IMG/VR virus record: IMGVR_UViG_3300046318_000589
Length of the DNA: 61,824 nt
DNA from: a virus
Taxonomy: Duplodnaviria; Heunggongvirae; Uroviricota; Caudoviricetes
Direction: 5' to 3' (one strand)
Shown here in pieces: positions 30,605-41,184 of this stretch. The notes under the pieces are model-generated. The model saw nothing but the letters and a program-made list of their open reading frames with translations. It made no database searches and was not told the origin of the DNA. Each line of letters opens with the position of its first letter. Position 1 is the first letter of the stretch. The position numbers were made by a program, and so were the translations under genes.

Positions 30605-32275
30605 ATGGACATTACAAGAAATTCTTACGCACGCACCAATAACCCCAAGAACTTACCGTACTATCCGTCAAATACGCTTGTAAAAAATAAAGATGTATTG
30701 GAGGATTACGCAGAATGGGAAATCGAAGAGTTTTTAAAATGTAAAGATTCACCTGTTTATTTTATTGAAAATTATACATTACTAGCGGGGGAGTTTGGAA
30801 CTGAATTTTTAAAATTACACGATTATCAAAAAGAAGCAATACAGGATATAACAGAAAATAATTTTACTATTATTCTTGCTCCCCGTCGTGCTGGAAAAAG
30901 TCTGACGGTTTTGGGGTTCATATTGCATTTTGCTATATTTAATTCAAATAAAAATGTATATGTTCTATCAAAAACTTTTACTGATTCAGTGAAACTATTA
31001 GAAAAACTCAGAGAATTATATCAAACTCTTCCATTTTTCCTACAAGTAGGGGTTGAAAGTTTTTCTCAGAAAACTATCGTACTTGGAAATGGAAGTAAAA
31101 TTATGACTTCTTCCTCAAAAGGGGTCAGGGGCGACCACGCTGATCTGTTGTATGCAGATGAGTTCAGTTTTTTACCCAATTCAAGTAAATTTTGGCAGGC
31201 TACGTACCCCCTAATTTCCTCCAGGCAATCAGCAAGGATAATAATATCAAGTACCCCGGAGAGCGTACACGGCGAATTTTATAATCAATACATGAATGCT
31301 GTTGCTCGATCTTCAAGATTCATTCCGATTCGCTGGTTTTGGGATAAAGTTCCTAGAACAATTAGTAACGAAGAATTTAAAAAAATAACAATAGCTAATA
31401 TTGGGATAGAAGCTTGGCGAACAGAATTTGAATGTGAATTTCTTGCTTCATCAAACACCCTTATTGACGGACAGGTTTTATCGAGATTGGATAGTATTGA
31501 GCCAATAAGAGTTTATAGTAATGTATGTAATGTATATGAAGAACCTATTGATAAGCATAAATATGTTATATCTGTTGATGTGGCTGATGGTGTGGGTAAA
31601 GATTATTCTGTGATGTCTATTATTGATATAACATTAAAACCTTACAAAATAGTGGCTGTTTATAGGGATAATAAGGTATCTCCATTTGAATTGGATACAT
31701 TGGTTGTTTCTTGGGCGAAGCGTTATAATGATGCGTATGTTGTTATTGAAACAAATTCTCGGGGGGCGGATGTTGCTAATCGTGTATTGAATGATCATTT
31801 ATATGAAAATATGTATGTGAGAGATATGTCAAAACCAAATGGTTTAGGAATTGACATGAAAGAAACCATTAAGAAAAAAGGATGTATTTCGTTAAAGAAC
31901 TTAATTGAAACGAATATGTTGGTGATTAACGACCATAATACCTTAAAAGAGCTTAAGACATTTCAAAAAACAAATACGGGTAGTTTTGCAGGGGCTAAGG
32001 GGTTACATGATGATGCAGTGATGTCCTTAGTGTTATTTTCTATATTAACCTCAGAGCCTATTTTTATTGACTTACAGGGCAGTGATAAAGATATTAATGA
32101 AACAATGCGAGAGATAAAATTAGCCTCTTTACCGCAGGAATTTTTGCTTGATGCGTTCACGTCTAATTCTTATAGTGCATACGAAGATATGGGTCACATG
32201 GCAAATTGGTTTAGTGGTAGTAATCAATCCAATCAATATGATGATGTAAATTACTTTATGAATTGGGATGATTGA
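30605..32275 (+). CDS. gp17: terminase large subunit
   Basis: LHDYQ, APRRAGKS (Walker A), LLYADEFSF (Walker B), ISSTP, SVDVADGVGKDYS, HDDAVMSL. Confidence 0.95.
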   Translation: MDITRNSYARTNNPKNLPYYPSNTLVKNKDVLEDYAEWEIEEFLKCKDSPVYFIENYTLLAGEFGTEFLKLHDYQKEAIQDITENNFTIILAPRRAGKSLTVLGFILHFAIFNSNKNVYVLSKTFTDSVKLLEKLRELYQTLPFFLQVGVESFSQKTIVLGNGSKIMTSSSKGVRGDHADLLYADEFSFLPNSSKFWQATYPLISSRQSARIIISSTPESVHGEFYNQYMNAVARSSRFIPIRWFWDKVPRTISNEEFKKITIANIGIEAWRTEFECEFLASSNTLIDGQVLSRLDSIEPIRVYSNVCNVYEEPIDKHKYVISVDVADGVGKDYSVMSIIDITLKPYKIVAVYRDNKVSPFELDTLVVSWAKRYNDAYVVIETNSRGADVANRVLNDHLYENMYVRDMSKPNGLGIDMKETIKKKGCISLKNLIETNMLVINDHNTLKELKTFQKTNTGSFAGAKGLHDDAVMSLVLFSILTSEPIFIDLQGSDKDINETMREIKLASLPQEFLLDAFTSNSYSAYEDMGHMANWFSGSNQSNQYDDVNYFMNWDD

Positions 32276-32688
32276 TGTTTTTTGATAATAGTTTTGGGGA
32301 ACAAATAGGGGTTAAGAAATCATATTCTGATCTGGATTTTAACTTTAAGGTAAATCCCAATTATGGGGATATTATGCCTATTAAAGATAATGCTTGTATA
32401 AAAAACTCCATAAAAAACTTAATTATGACTAATATTTATGGAAGACCATTTAATTCATTGGTGGGAGTTGGTATTGAAGATTATATATTTGAAAAATTAG
32501 ATACCATTACAATGAGTACAATTATTGTTGAGATTAAAAGGGTTGTATTAAAATATGAACCGAGGGTATCCGATTTAAAAGTGGCGATACGTCCTGATGG
32601 GAATACTGTTCATATATTGGTAATATTTTTGGTGGTGGTTACGAATGAAACGGAAACTGTAAGTTTAACATTGACGAGAGTGAGATAA
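32272..32688 (+). CDS. gp25: baseplate wedge subunit gp25
   Basis: YSDLDFNF...IKNSIKNLIMT...RPF...YEPRV. Confidence 0.9.
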   Translation: MMFFDNSFGEQIGVKKSYSDLDFNFKVNPNYGDIMPIKDNACIKNSIKNLIMTNIYGRPFNSLVGVGIEDYIFEKLDTITMSTIIVEIKRVVLKYEPRVSDLKVAIRPDGNTVHILVIFLVVVTNETETVSLTLTRVR

Positions 32689-33806
32689 TGGCTAAATTTT
32701 TATCGACACTTGCAACAGAAAATACTGAGAAAATAAGTAAGCAAAAAGTTAATATATATGATACATTACCATCTCATATAGTAAATGATTCTGAGAATTT
32801 TATACAATTATTGCAGGATTATTACGAATTTTTAAATGAGAGAGGTATGCCAGTTAATGTCATAACCAATATGGTTAAGAATAATGATATTGACAGGGTT
32901 GACGAGGAATTTATTAATTCCTTAATGACTGAAACGATGCCTGATTTACCTTTAGAGCCATCAGTAAATAGAAAAATGTTTTATAAGAGGGTGGTAGATT
33001 TTTATAGAACAAAAGGTACTATAGAGGGAATTAGGGTATTCTTTAGGGCATTTTTTAACGATGCTATTGAATTATATTATCCAAGAGATGATACCTTTAC
33101 ATTGGGTGTTAATCGCTGGGATAGTACCCTTAAAAAGCCACAATTTGATGAAGATGACAATTTAGTTGGATATACTTTTGGGGGGTGGGTTAATAACAAA
33201 GGTATGTTATCAACAACACAATATATAACGGATGGGCGATATTATCAACCATATTCTTACGTTATTAAATCAGGTTTAAATATCTCTAAGTGGCAATATG
33301 TTTATAATAAAGTATGCCATCCCACAGGGTTTGTATTTTATGGGGAAATTTCAATATTTATTGAACTGTTGGATACAAATGATAATTTATTTAGAATGCC
33401 TACGAACCAACCAGGATTTACACGACCATCTGAACTAGAACAAGAAATTCTCATAGAATTGTTAAAAGATACGCCTTACTCTGAATCAGTTGAAATATTA
33501 ATCCGTAGATTGATAAAGATAGAAGCTGATTTTAGAACAAGCACTACACGAAAAGAAAATCATCACCACGATATGTATTTTTCTTTATCTGACATAAGGC
33601 AATATTATGAATATAACGTAAGACAAATTGATAGCGTTGAAAATTTACCAGGCACATACATTACAAGACCATTCTTCTTTACAACGGAGGATGATTATGT
33701 ATTCCTTACTGAGGAAAGTGAGAGATTACAACTTGATTTTATCAGTAGTATTGGGGAAGTTGTGAGTGGATTTAGTAGAGGATTTAACATTGGGTTCTTG
33801 AATTAA
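32688..33806 (+). CDS. baseplate wedge initiator (gp7-like, short form)
   Basis: LQDYYEFL, FYRTKGTIEG, YYQPYSYVIKS and HPTGF motifs. Confidence 0.75.
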   Translation: MAKFLSTLATENTEKISKQKVNIYDTLPSHIVNDSENFIQLLQDYYEFLNERGMPVNVITNMVKNNDIDRVDEEFINSLMTETMPDLPLEPSVNRKMFYKRVVDFYRTKGTIEGIRVFFRAFFNDAIELYYPRDDTFTLGVNRWDSTLKKPQFDEDDNLVGYTFGGWVNNKGMLSTTQYITDGRYYQPYSYVIKSGLNISKWQYVYNKVCHPTGFVFYGEISIFIELLDTNDNLFRMPTNQPGFTRPSELEQEILIELLKDTPYSESVEILIRRLIKIEADFRTSTTRKENHHHDMYFSLSDIRQYYEYNVRQIDSVENLPGTYITRPFFFTTEDDYVFLTEESERLQLDFISSIGEVVSGFSRGFNIGFLN

Positions 33807-33829
33807 CCTAATTATAGTAAAGAGGATTT

Positions 33830-34084
33830 ATGTTTAAAGAAGATGAGGGTACTGGAACAGATGGTGGTGTAGATAATACTCCTTCAACATCGGTTGGTGG
33901 TATAGCATCATATTCTTTCATGTTGACGAAAGCACTTAAAAGAAAAAATATATTGAGTGTTACGGGCGATGAATATAAAAAAATATGCAAAGATTCAGAA
34001 GATAATATAGTGGCTAAATATGGTAAGAAAACACCTTTTTTAATCACAGACGGAAAAAAATATACATTAGTGAGTAAATTATGA
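33830..34084 (+). CDS. small late protein
   Basis: CTAATTA at 33808 plus AGAGGA RBS; resembles small T4-like late unknowns. Confidence 0.55.
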   Translation: MFKEDEGTGTDGGVDNTPSTSVGGIASYSFMLTKALKRKNILSVTGDEYKKICKDSEDNIVAKYGKKTPFLITDGKKYTLVSKL

Positions 34085-34263
34085 AAAAAGAACAAGTATT
34101 AGGAATTTTAAGACACGTTTTAACTGGGGTTGGTGTTTTAGCTGTATCAAAAGGTTACGCAGACGAAACAACTGTCATGGAAATTGGTGGTGGTATTGTT
34201 GCTTTATTGGGAACGCTTTGGTCTGTATTTTCTCCAGACAAGAAAAAAGGTAATGGTTATTAA
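34081..34263 (+). CDS. putative holin (Pam3-gp28-like)
   Basis: GILRHVLT..G...V.KG, two TM segments, basic C-terminus. Confidence 0.7.
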   Translation: MKKEQVLGILRHVLTGVGVLAVSKGYADETTVMEIGGGIVALLGTLWSVFSPDKKKGNGY

Positions 34264-34613
34264 TGCTATTACCTTTTGCTTTTTTCTATAGCACAAGCTT
34301 ATCAGTACCAATATTAACATTTGTAAGTTCCACTTATGATACAGTATCATTGAATTGGACAACAGATGACGATAGAGAAGTATCTGATTATCTCATAGAA
34401 TATAAGCAAAGCTCAGGGGGCGTTTGGATAGTATTTATGGACGGCTTATCCCCCGATAAGGACGTTGACGTAACGGGGTTGACAAATAGTACATCGTATG
34501 ATTTTAGAATTAAAGCGGTAAGATATGATGTGCAATCTAATTATTCAAACATAATAACAACTACAACACCATCTGTATCATTTACAAATGGCTTCAATAT
34601 AGGATTTAATTAA
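34263..34613 (+). CDS. fibronectin type III domain virion protein
   Basis: VSLNWT...Y.IEYK...W...VTGLTNSTSYDFRIKAV...SNYS. Confidence 0.85.
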   Translation: MLLPFAFFYSTSLSVPILTFVSSTYDTVSLNWTTDDDREVSDYLIEYKQSSGGVWIVFMDGLSPDKDVDVTGLTNSTSYDFRIKAVRYDVQSNYSNIITTTTPSVSFTNGFNIGFN

Positions 34614-34615
34614 AA

Positions 34616-35392
34616 ATGGCAGTAAGAGATAATTTAACAGCCCTTCGGACTGCGGTGGGAATATCAATAAACGATAATACTTCGGGAGATATAACCCCTG
34701 CTGATGTAAGAACATCAATTATAGATACTATAGATACCTTGGAAAGTGTATCAGTCCAAAAATCTTTATTTGATGCACATACTATTCTACAAGCAACTAC
34801 TGATGACACGCCTGTAGCATTAAGTGTTCCTCAACAAACTGTTGTGGGTAGAATAACTGGGGGGAATATAACAGCTTTAACTGCTTCCCAAGTGAGAACT
34901 TTAATTAACGTTTCAGATGGTGCAACACCTGACCAAAATGTGTTTAGTCAAATAGCAGTTTCTGGTCAATCAAACGTGGTGGCGGATTCAACAACAGACA
35001 CTTTGACATTGGTTGGCTCTGGTAATGTTACGATTACAACAAACGCAACAACAGATACGATTACAATAGCGTCAACTGGGGATTTAGTAGCCTCAAATAA
35101 TTTATCAGATTTAACAAATGCAGGAACTGCCCGAACAAACCTTGGATTGGCAATCGGTACTAACGTACAGGCGTATTCAGCTGTTTTAGCAGGTACAACA
35201 GCCTCATTCACGACTGCTTTAGAAACAAAATTAAACGGCGTAGCAACAAATGCTGATGTAAATACAATCAATTCTGTAACGGCAGGTATTACAGGTGCAA
35301 GTCAAGTAACAAATGTGGTTTCAATATCACAAGCAAATTATGATGCTATTGTGACTAAAAGTGCAAGTACCCTTTATATTATTGTTGGGTAA
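34616..35392 (+). CDS. tail fibre protein
   Basis: NNLSDL.NAGTARTNLGL motif; C-terminal SQANYDAIVTKSASTLYII. Confidence 0.75.
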   Translation: MAVRDNLTALRTAVGISINDNTSGDITPADVRTSIIDTIDTLESVSVQKSLFDAHTILQATTDDTPVALSVPQQTVVGRITGGNITALTASQVRTLINVSDGATPDQNVFSQIAVSGQSNVVADSTTDTLTLVGSGNVTITTNATTDTITIASTGDLVASNNLSDLTNAGTARTNLGLAIGTNVQAYSAVLAGTTASFTTALETKLNGVATNADVNTINSVTAGITGASQVTNVVSISQANYDAIVTKSASTLYIIVG

Positions 35393-35394
35393 TT

Positions 35395-36300
35395 ATGAAA
35401 TTAGGAAATAAAAATAACAATAAATTATATATTGGTAATGATGCTGTAAATAAAATGTATATTGGCAATACTTTAGAGTATGATAATTCATTATGGACAT
35501 TGAATGATACTACAGTTTTTGCTTGGTATGATATGATGCAGGGTGTTGTAAATGCAGGTGCGGGTAAAGTATCAGCATGGAATGATGCTATGGGTACTGC
35601 TGAAAGGAATATCACCGCACCAAGTACAGGTAATAGAAGACCAACCATAACGGCTGATGGTGTAGAATTTAATGGTACATCGGAATTTTTATCCAATATT
35701 AATCCATTTATGTATGGTAAAACTGAAGGTGTTCATATCATTGCGATTATGTCTGCCCCTGAAAGTGGTGGCGTTGCAAAAAGAGGAATTTCCGAAGCAA
35801 ATTCGGTGAATAATATACAGAATTATTCTCTTCTATGTCAAGATAATGACACAGGGAATCATGGAAAAATCACTCAAGCAATGAGAGATAATTCTGCTTT
35901 TGATACCATTATCTTTGGTGGTAACACAAGAGCAAATATTGCTTGGGATAACATAAATTTTAAAATGATAGAACATATTGATACCACAAGTCAAATAAAA
36001 ACAGCAATAAATTGTGATGATGCCGATGGCACGCCAATCACATACGAAAGACCAGAAGTGAGAATTAGTCCAGCACCTCCAGTGCCAGCAATGACATTGA
36101 ATACATTTGCTATAGGTGCTATGGATAGACTGGCTGATGCTTCGTTTATGCAGATGAAAATTAAATCTTTAGTTATTTTACCAGGCGATATTACTACAGA
36201 TATTCGTCAAAGAACACAAGGGTATTTAGCACATAGATACAGCCTAACTTCTCTATTACCCAATGCCCATCCTTATAAAACAAATCCACCCACCAGATAA
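35395..36300 (+). CDS. tail-associated LamG/concanavalin A-like protein
   Basis: N-terminal KLYIGNDAVNKMYIGN; WYD...VSAWND...RPT...GVEFNG. Confidence 0.7.
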   Translation: MKLGNKNNNKLYIGNDAVNKMYIGNTLEYDNSLWTLNDTTVFAWYDMMQGVVNAGAGKVSAWNDAMGTAERNITAPSTGNRRPTITADGVEFNGTSEFLSNINPFMYGKTEGVHIIAIMSAPESGGVAKRGISEANSVNNIQNYSLLCQDNDTGNHGKITQAMRDNSAFDTIIFGGNTRANIAWDNINFKMIEHIDTTSQIKTAINCDDADGTPITYERPEVRISPAPPVPAMTLNTFAIGAMDRLADASFMQMKIKSLVILPGDITTDIRQRTQGYLAHRYSLTSLLPNAHPYKTNPPTR

Positions 36301-36338
36301 TAGTTTATTGTAATCTAATTACAGTAAACGGATTAGCA

Positions 36339-39300
36339 ATGGTTAAACTATCAGAATTTGATACATCAAAAGTAACACTCGACAGCACAGATAGGCTGTT
36401 AATAACGGATATGCAAACTAATCCGCCCTCGTCTAAGTATCATACATTTAGTAATTTAAAAAATAGTATAATACAAGATCAAACTGCTACTATAGAGGGT
36501 TATGTTGAGGACGCTTTAGATTCAAAGGTTGATGCACAATTAGCACAAGCCAACGCTGAGATAGTTTTAGATAATGTCGTTGCTGTTGCGGAGGCTGTTG
36601 GCAATAAAGTATTTTATAATACATACGCTTTAGCAAACACTGCTGTTGGTGGTTTATCCAACTTACAGGTGGTGGAAGTATTTGCTGATGAAACTAAAGG
36701 GGGTGTGAGAACTCTTTATCGTAAAGAGGGTGGTATTTTAGTATATAAAGCAACAGCAGGGGTTTCCGTTGAAGACCCATTTACACCCATAAAAGAATCC
36801 CCAAATATATTTTCCCCAACTATAATAAGAGATATATTGGAAAATAAAATATATCTGAATATGTTAAACCCTACAGTTGATGGGGTAACTAATTTATCCC
36901 CCAAAATACAAGCGTGTTTAGACGAAGTAGCAAAAGAATCTCGTAGGGGTAGGCGAGAAGTAGTTATTACTGGTAAGGGAAATTCCAATTTAATTGGGTT
37001 AAGATCTCGTCTGTTTATGCCTACGAAATGTAGTTTGATTTTTGATACAGACACGACATTAATTCCTTTAATTGCAGATGTGTATGGAATACGATGTGAG
37101 GCGAGTTATCCAACGGTATGGGATAATTTAGTAGTAGATGGTTTAAAATATAAAGATAGAATAACCATAACAAATGCAAGTGGTGCTACATATAATACAG
37201 GGGATTGTATTGTAATACGGTCACAAAAACTTATTGATACTTCTCCGAATATACAAGGGGCTAAAATTGGTCAGCAATGTAAAATTTGGAAAAAAGAGGT
37301 GGGTGCGTCAAACACAATACTCCATTTAGACCAATGCTTAAACTACACATATTTATTGTCTGATACAGCACAAGTAGGAAAAATATTAAATCCTAAGGAA
37401 GATATAAGAATATCGAATTTCCGCATGGGTGAAGATGGTAGGGACATAAGAGGTGGTAATGCTATTACTCTTGAATTTGTTGATGGTGCTAGAATTGAAG
37501 GATCAATTATTAAAAATTTAAGAAACCCCAATAATGCTAACTTACAGTCAAAAAACGGTATTACAATAAATGGCGGAAGAAATATAATAATAGAAAATAC
37601 ATTTGTTTCACGGGCAGGTTGGTATAGTGTTGGGATACAGGGATGTGCTGAAAATATAAGAGTTTACGACTTAGAATCTTACTATCCAAGACATCATACA
37701 TCATTAAATTGGGATAACTTTGACCACGAACCACAAGATGTTTATATAAAAAATGCACGGGGTTATTTTGCTTATTTTAGTGGTTTCGATACGCATGACG
37801 TGGGGATTAATACACATTACGAAGATGTAATATCTGTTGCTTCACAATTTGATGCAGGGTTTCAATTAAGAACAAGTGACGTAAAATTCACAAGAGTTAA
37901 AGCCTATGGAAACTATACAGCAGGTATTATATGTAGAACTGAAACAGGGGACGTTACAAAATTAGGTAGATATTATATAGAAAATTCTGAATTTGATGAT
38001 AACCTAAGGGGTGGTGTTAATATGCCTGCATCATTTGATATACATACATCTAAAATAAGAAGAAATGGTTTTGGGGAATCCTATTCTGGAGGTATAACAA
38101 CACGAGGTGGGTTAATCAAGGATTGTGTTATTGAAGAAAACCACGACAATGCTATAATTTATGGTAGAAGCTTGGATTGGTTTGGTGTGTCCAATGAAAG
38201 ATTGGTTGTTGATAATATTACAGCCCCTGCAAGTGCAAACCAATTTAGATTATTTTCAAATAGTGATGTTTCACGCACAACAGATACAAGATTTGATTTG
38301 TTAGAATTAAAAAATTCTTACGTTCCTGGTTATTCTGATAAAGCAAAGTTCTTCACGTCTGGTGCTGTAACAACAACTAGCACTACAACAGGTGCAACTC
38401 CGCCATCACCCCCCGTAACTGAAACAACAACGGTAACTTCTGACGCTGTTGAAACATCAACCGCCACAGATAACATATCAACAACAGTAACCACAGTAAC
38501 AACGCCAACCATAACCACAGTAACAACAACAACTGTAACTACACCCAAAATACAACCAAACCCAGGTAAGGTCGTTCATTCAAATAATAGATGGGGTACT
38601 GATAAAACATTTGGTTATGCACAGTTAGTTGGTGGTAAAGCGTATGTATCAAATAATAATGTTTGGGATTTTTTAAGTAACAATTATTTAGAAGCAGAAA
38701 GTCCTAGACCTAGAATACAATTAACACAAGAAGGTGTATCAAACACCTTCGATGGCATACCAAACAAAGGTTTTGCTGGCACAAGTATAGGTACTGGGGT
38801 AGCCAATCTCCCTGATGAGTGGGTTATTGGTTCGAGTGGGTTAGGTGTTTTAACTTTAAGTGTGGTAGGATTTAATGCTAATATAGCTGAACCTTACGTT
38901 GATGTAAGGATAAATGGTACTAGCTCCACTACAGCTTGTTCTATTAACTTTGGTAGTTCTTCAGCATTAACCACTATACAAGCTACAGTTGGGACTGTTT
39001 GGAACACTTCATATTCAATAGATTTAATAGGTGGTAGCATGGCTAACGTCAATTCTATCAATCATGTTTTAGCAGAATACAACGTTTCAACTGATTTAAC
39101 CACCCAAGTAGATGGGTTTCCTTTTGTTATAACGTCAACAGACACATTGTTTTCAAAACAATGGACAGTGACAAATGCTAATACAAATAGAATAAGACCT
39201 GGGTTTAGATTTCTATGGTCTAACAATGTTGCGTTAAATTTTACTATCCGTATAACAAAGCCGAGATGTATTTTGAATGCAACAAGAGCGGAGGGTACAT

Positions 39301-39407
39301 TAATTGTTGATGAAATTAGAAACAATGTAGGATTTTCTATTGGAATGTATAAAGCAGATGGAACATTAGTAAATAGTAATGCTGTTGTAAGATACGACAT
39401 TATCTAA
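36339..39407 (+). CDS. tailspike/depolymerase with right-handed beta-helix
   Basis: DGVTNLSPKIQACLD head, beta-helix rungs (FDTHD, RHH), Thr-rich insert, C-terminal beta-sandwich. Confidence 0.8.
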   Translation: MVKLSEFDTSKVTLDSTDRLLITDMQTNPPSSKYHTFSNLKNSIIQDQTATIEGYVEDALDSKVDAQLAQANAEIVLDNVVAVAEAVGNKVFYNTYALANTAVGGLSNLQVVEVFADETKGGVRTLYRKEGGILVYKATAGVSVEDPFTPIKESPNIFSPTIIRDILENKIYLNMLNPTVDGVTNLSPKIQACLDEVAKESRRGRREVVITGKGNSNLIGLRSRLFMPTKCSLIFDTDTTLIPLIADVYGIRCEASYPTVWDNLVVDGLKYKDRITITNASGATYNTGDCIVIRSQKLIDTSPNIQGAKIGQQCKIWKKEVGASNTILHLDQCLNYTYLLSDTAQVGKILNPKEDIRISNFRMGEDGRDIRGGNAITLEFVDGARIEGSIIKNLRNPNNANLQSKNGITINGGRNIIIENTFVSRAGWYSVGIQGCAENIRVYDLESYYPRHHTSLNWDNFDHEPQDVYIKNARGYFAYFSGFDTHDVGINTHYEDVISVASQFDAGFQLRTSDVKFTRVKAYGNYTAGIICRTETGDVTKLGRYYIENSEFDDNLRGGVNMPASFDIHTSKIRRNGFGESYSGGITTRGGLIKDCVIEENHDNAIIYGRSLDWFGVSNERLVVDNITAPASANQFRLFSNSDVSRTTDTRFDLLELKNSYVPGYSDKAKFFTSGAVTTTSTTTGATPPSPPVTETTTVTSDAVETSTATDNISTTVTTVTTPTITTVTTTTVTTPKIQPNPGKVVHSNNRWGTDKTFGYAQLVGGKAYVSNNNVWDFLSNNYLEAESPRPRIQLTQEGVSNTFDGIPNKGFAGTSIGTGVANLPDEWVIGSSGLGVLTLSVVGFNANIAEPYVDVRINGTSSTTACSINFGSSSALTTIQATVGTVWNTSYSIDLIGGSMANVNSINHVLAEYNVSTDLTTQVDGFPFVITSTDTLFSKQWTVTNANTNRIRPGFRFLWSNNVALNFTIRITKPRCILNATRAEGTLIVDEIRNNVGFSIGMYKADGTLVNSNAVVRYDII

Positions 39408-39414
39408 TTAATTT

Positions 39415-41019
39415 ATGATAGTAAATGAAGATAAATTCCGCATAAAAAGCATCGCAAAAGATGCTTTAGGCAATAAAAAAATAAATATATCTTTTGTCCC
39501 TCCAAATGATGATGACGCATTGGGTATAGCATCTTCGTATAATTCAAATTATTCAAACGCTTATACCCCATCATATAATACTAAAAACTCGGACTTCTTT
39601 AGGGGGATACAAGATTGTAGAATTATATCTCTTCACCCCTTAATTAAAAAAATGTTGGATCATATTGAGGTGGAGGCTTTTCCTGTATCAAGTGATGTCA
39701 CAGGCAGATCAAGTAAAATTAATGTAAAAATAGACTTGGATGATTTAAGAGAAGAACTTGGCGAAAACATTTTAAACGAGATTGACAAGTCTTTTAGAAA
39801 ATCTATGCGTCTGCTAAATTTTAAAACGACAGGTGCTAAAAAGTTTAGAAATTGGTATGTTGATGGTAAACAAGCGTACCATGTTATTACAAGGGATAAT
39901 AAAGAAGGTGTTCTTGAGCTTAGAGAACTTGACGTAGCTAATCTTAGAAAAATAAGAAAAGAAGTACGAGAGAAAATTGACGGTATTGAAGTTATAACTG
40001 ATTATGAAAATAAATATATTTATACAACACAATCAAATAATACTTTAATGGATTATGGTAATCAAATTGACGGACAAAATATAGAAATTGACGAATCCGC
40101 CATTATATATATTACCAGTGGATTATTAAATGAAACAAAAACAAGAACCGTATCACACTTAGAGCCTCTAGTAAAACCAACACAAACATTAACAATGATT
40201 GAGGATTCTCATGTCATTATGAGGGTTGCTAATGCGTCAAGGACAAGAATATTCTATGTTGACATTGGTATGCACCAAAGTACCAGGGCTGAAAAACATA
40301 TTCAACAAATACAATCAAAATTAAAATTTAATGTGGAATATGATACTAAAACTGGTCGGTTAAGAGATAATAGACGCTTTGTAAGTGTACTTAATGATAT
40401 TTTTATTCCACGTTTATCAGGGTCAAATCAAACAACGGAAATTAAGCAATTACCAGGGGACGAGAATATTGATAAAATCCGTGACCTTGAATATTTCAGA
40501 AGTGATTTAATAGAAAAATCAATCGTACCAAAACAACGACTAACAGCAAATCAAAGTTTTTCTTTAGGAAAGTCCAATGAATTATCAAGGGAAGAATCAA
40601 TATTCCATAAACAAATTGAGGGGCTTCGTCAAAGATTTGCGGATTTATTCCATGAAACAATAAAGCGTGATTTAATTATTCGTAAAATTATGTCTGGGGA
40701 CGAATACGAATATTATAAAGACGACATATACTTTATATTCCCCACAGACAATCATTATAAAATGTTATTGCAATTTGAAATTTTGGACGAAAAGATTTCA
40801 AGAATACAAGCAATAGGGCATGACCCAAAATTATTTTATCCTGTGGAAGTGGTGGCTAATACTATTTGTGGATTTACTGATGAGGAGATGGCTCTGAATT
40901 TGGTAAGATATAAGCAAGATATTATGTTCGCACAAGAGATAGAAATGGATAGATTAGAATTGGAAGTTTCTCGTTCTAAAGAAATAAATCCTGAAGCATT
41001 TGAAGAACCAACAGAATAA
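39415..41019 (+). CDS. gp20: portal protein
   Basis: FRNWYVDGK, EDSHVIMRVANASRTRIFYVDIG, TTEIKQLPG, DLEYF, SREE..FHK. Confidence 0.92.
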   Translation: MIVNEDKFRIKSIAKDALGNKKINISFVPPNDDDALGIASSYNSNYSNAYTPSYNTKNSDFFRGIQDCRIISLHPLIKKMLDHIEVEAFPVSSDVTGRSSKINVKIDLDDLREELGENILNEIDKSFRKSMRLLNFKTTGAKKFRNWYVDGKQAYHVITRDNKEGVLELRELDVANLRKIRKEVREKIDGIEVITDYENKYIYTTQSNNTLMDYGNQIDGQNIEIDESAIIYITSGLLNETKTRTVSHLEPLVKPTQTLTMIEDSHVIMRVANASRTRIFYVDIGMHQSTRAEKHIQQIQSKLKFNVEYDTKTGRLRDNRRFVSVLNDIFIPRLSGSNQTTEIKQLPGDENIDKIRDLEYFRSDLIEKSIVPKQRLTANQSFSLGKSNELSREESIFHKQIEGLRQRFADLFHETIKRDLIIRKIMSGDEYEYYKDDIYFIFPTDNHYKMLLQFEILDEKISRIQAIGHDPKLFYPVEVVANTICGFTDEEMALNLVRYKQDIMFAQEIEMDRLELEVSRSKEINPEAFEEPTE

Positions 41020-41046
41020 CCTAATTAATTAAACGGAAATAAGAAA

Positions 41047-41184
41047 ATGGAATTAGATAGAGAAATTATAGATAATATTACGACAGGCAATTATGCGAAA
41101 GCTACATTTGAATTTCAAAAAATATTAGCGGATTCTTATGAAAATATAAAACAAGAAGTTAAAAAAGAATTTAAATATGAATAA
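41047..41184 (+). CDS. gp67-like prohead core protein (45 aa, absent from ORF track)
   Basis: MELDREIIDNITTGNYAKATFEFQKIL...; syntenic position between portal and gp21; own CTAATTA at 41021. Confidence 0.6.
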   Translation: MELDREIIDNITTGNYAKATFEFQKILADSYENIKQEVKKEFKYE

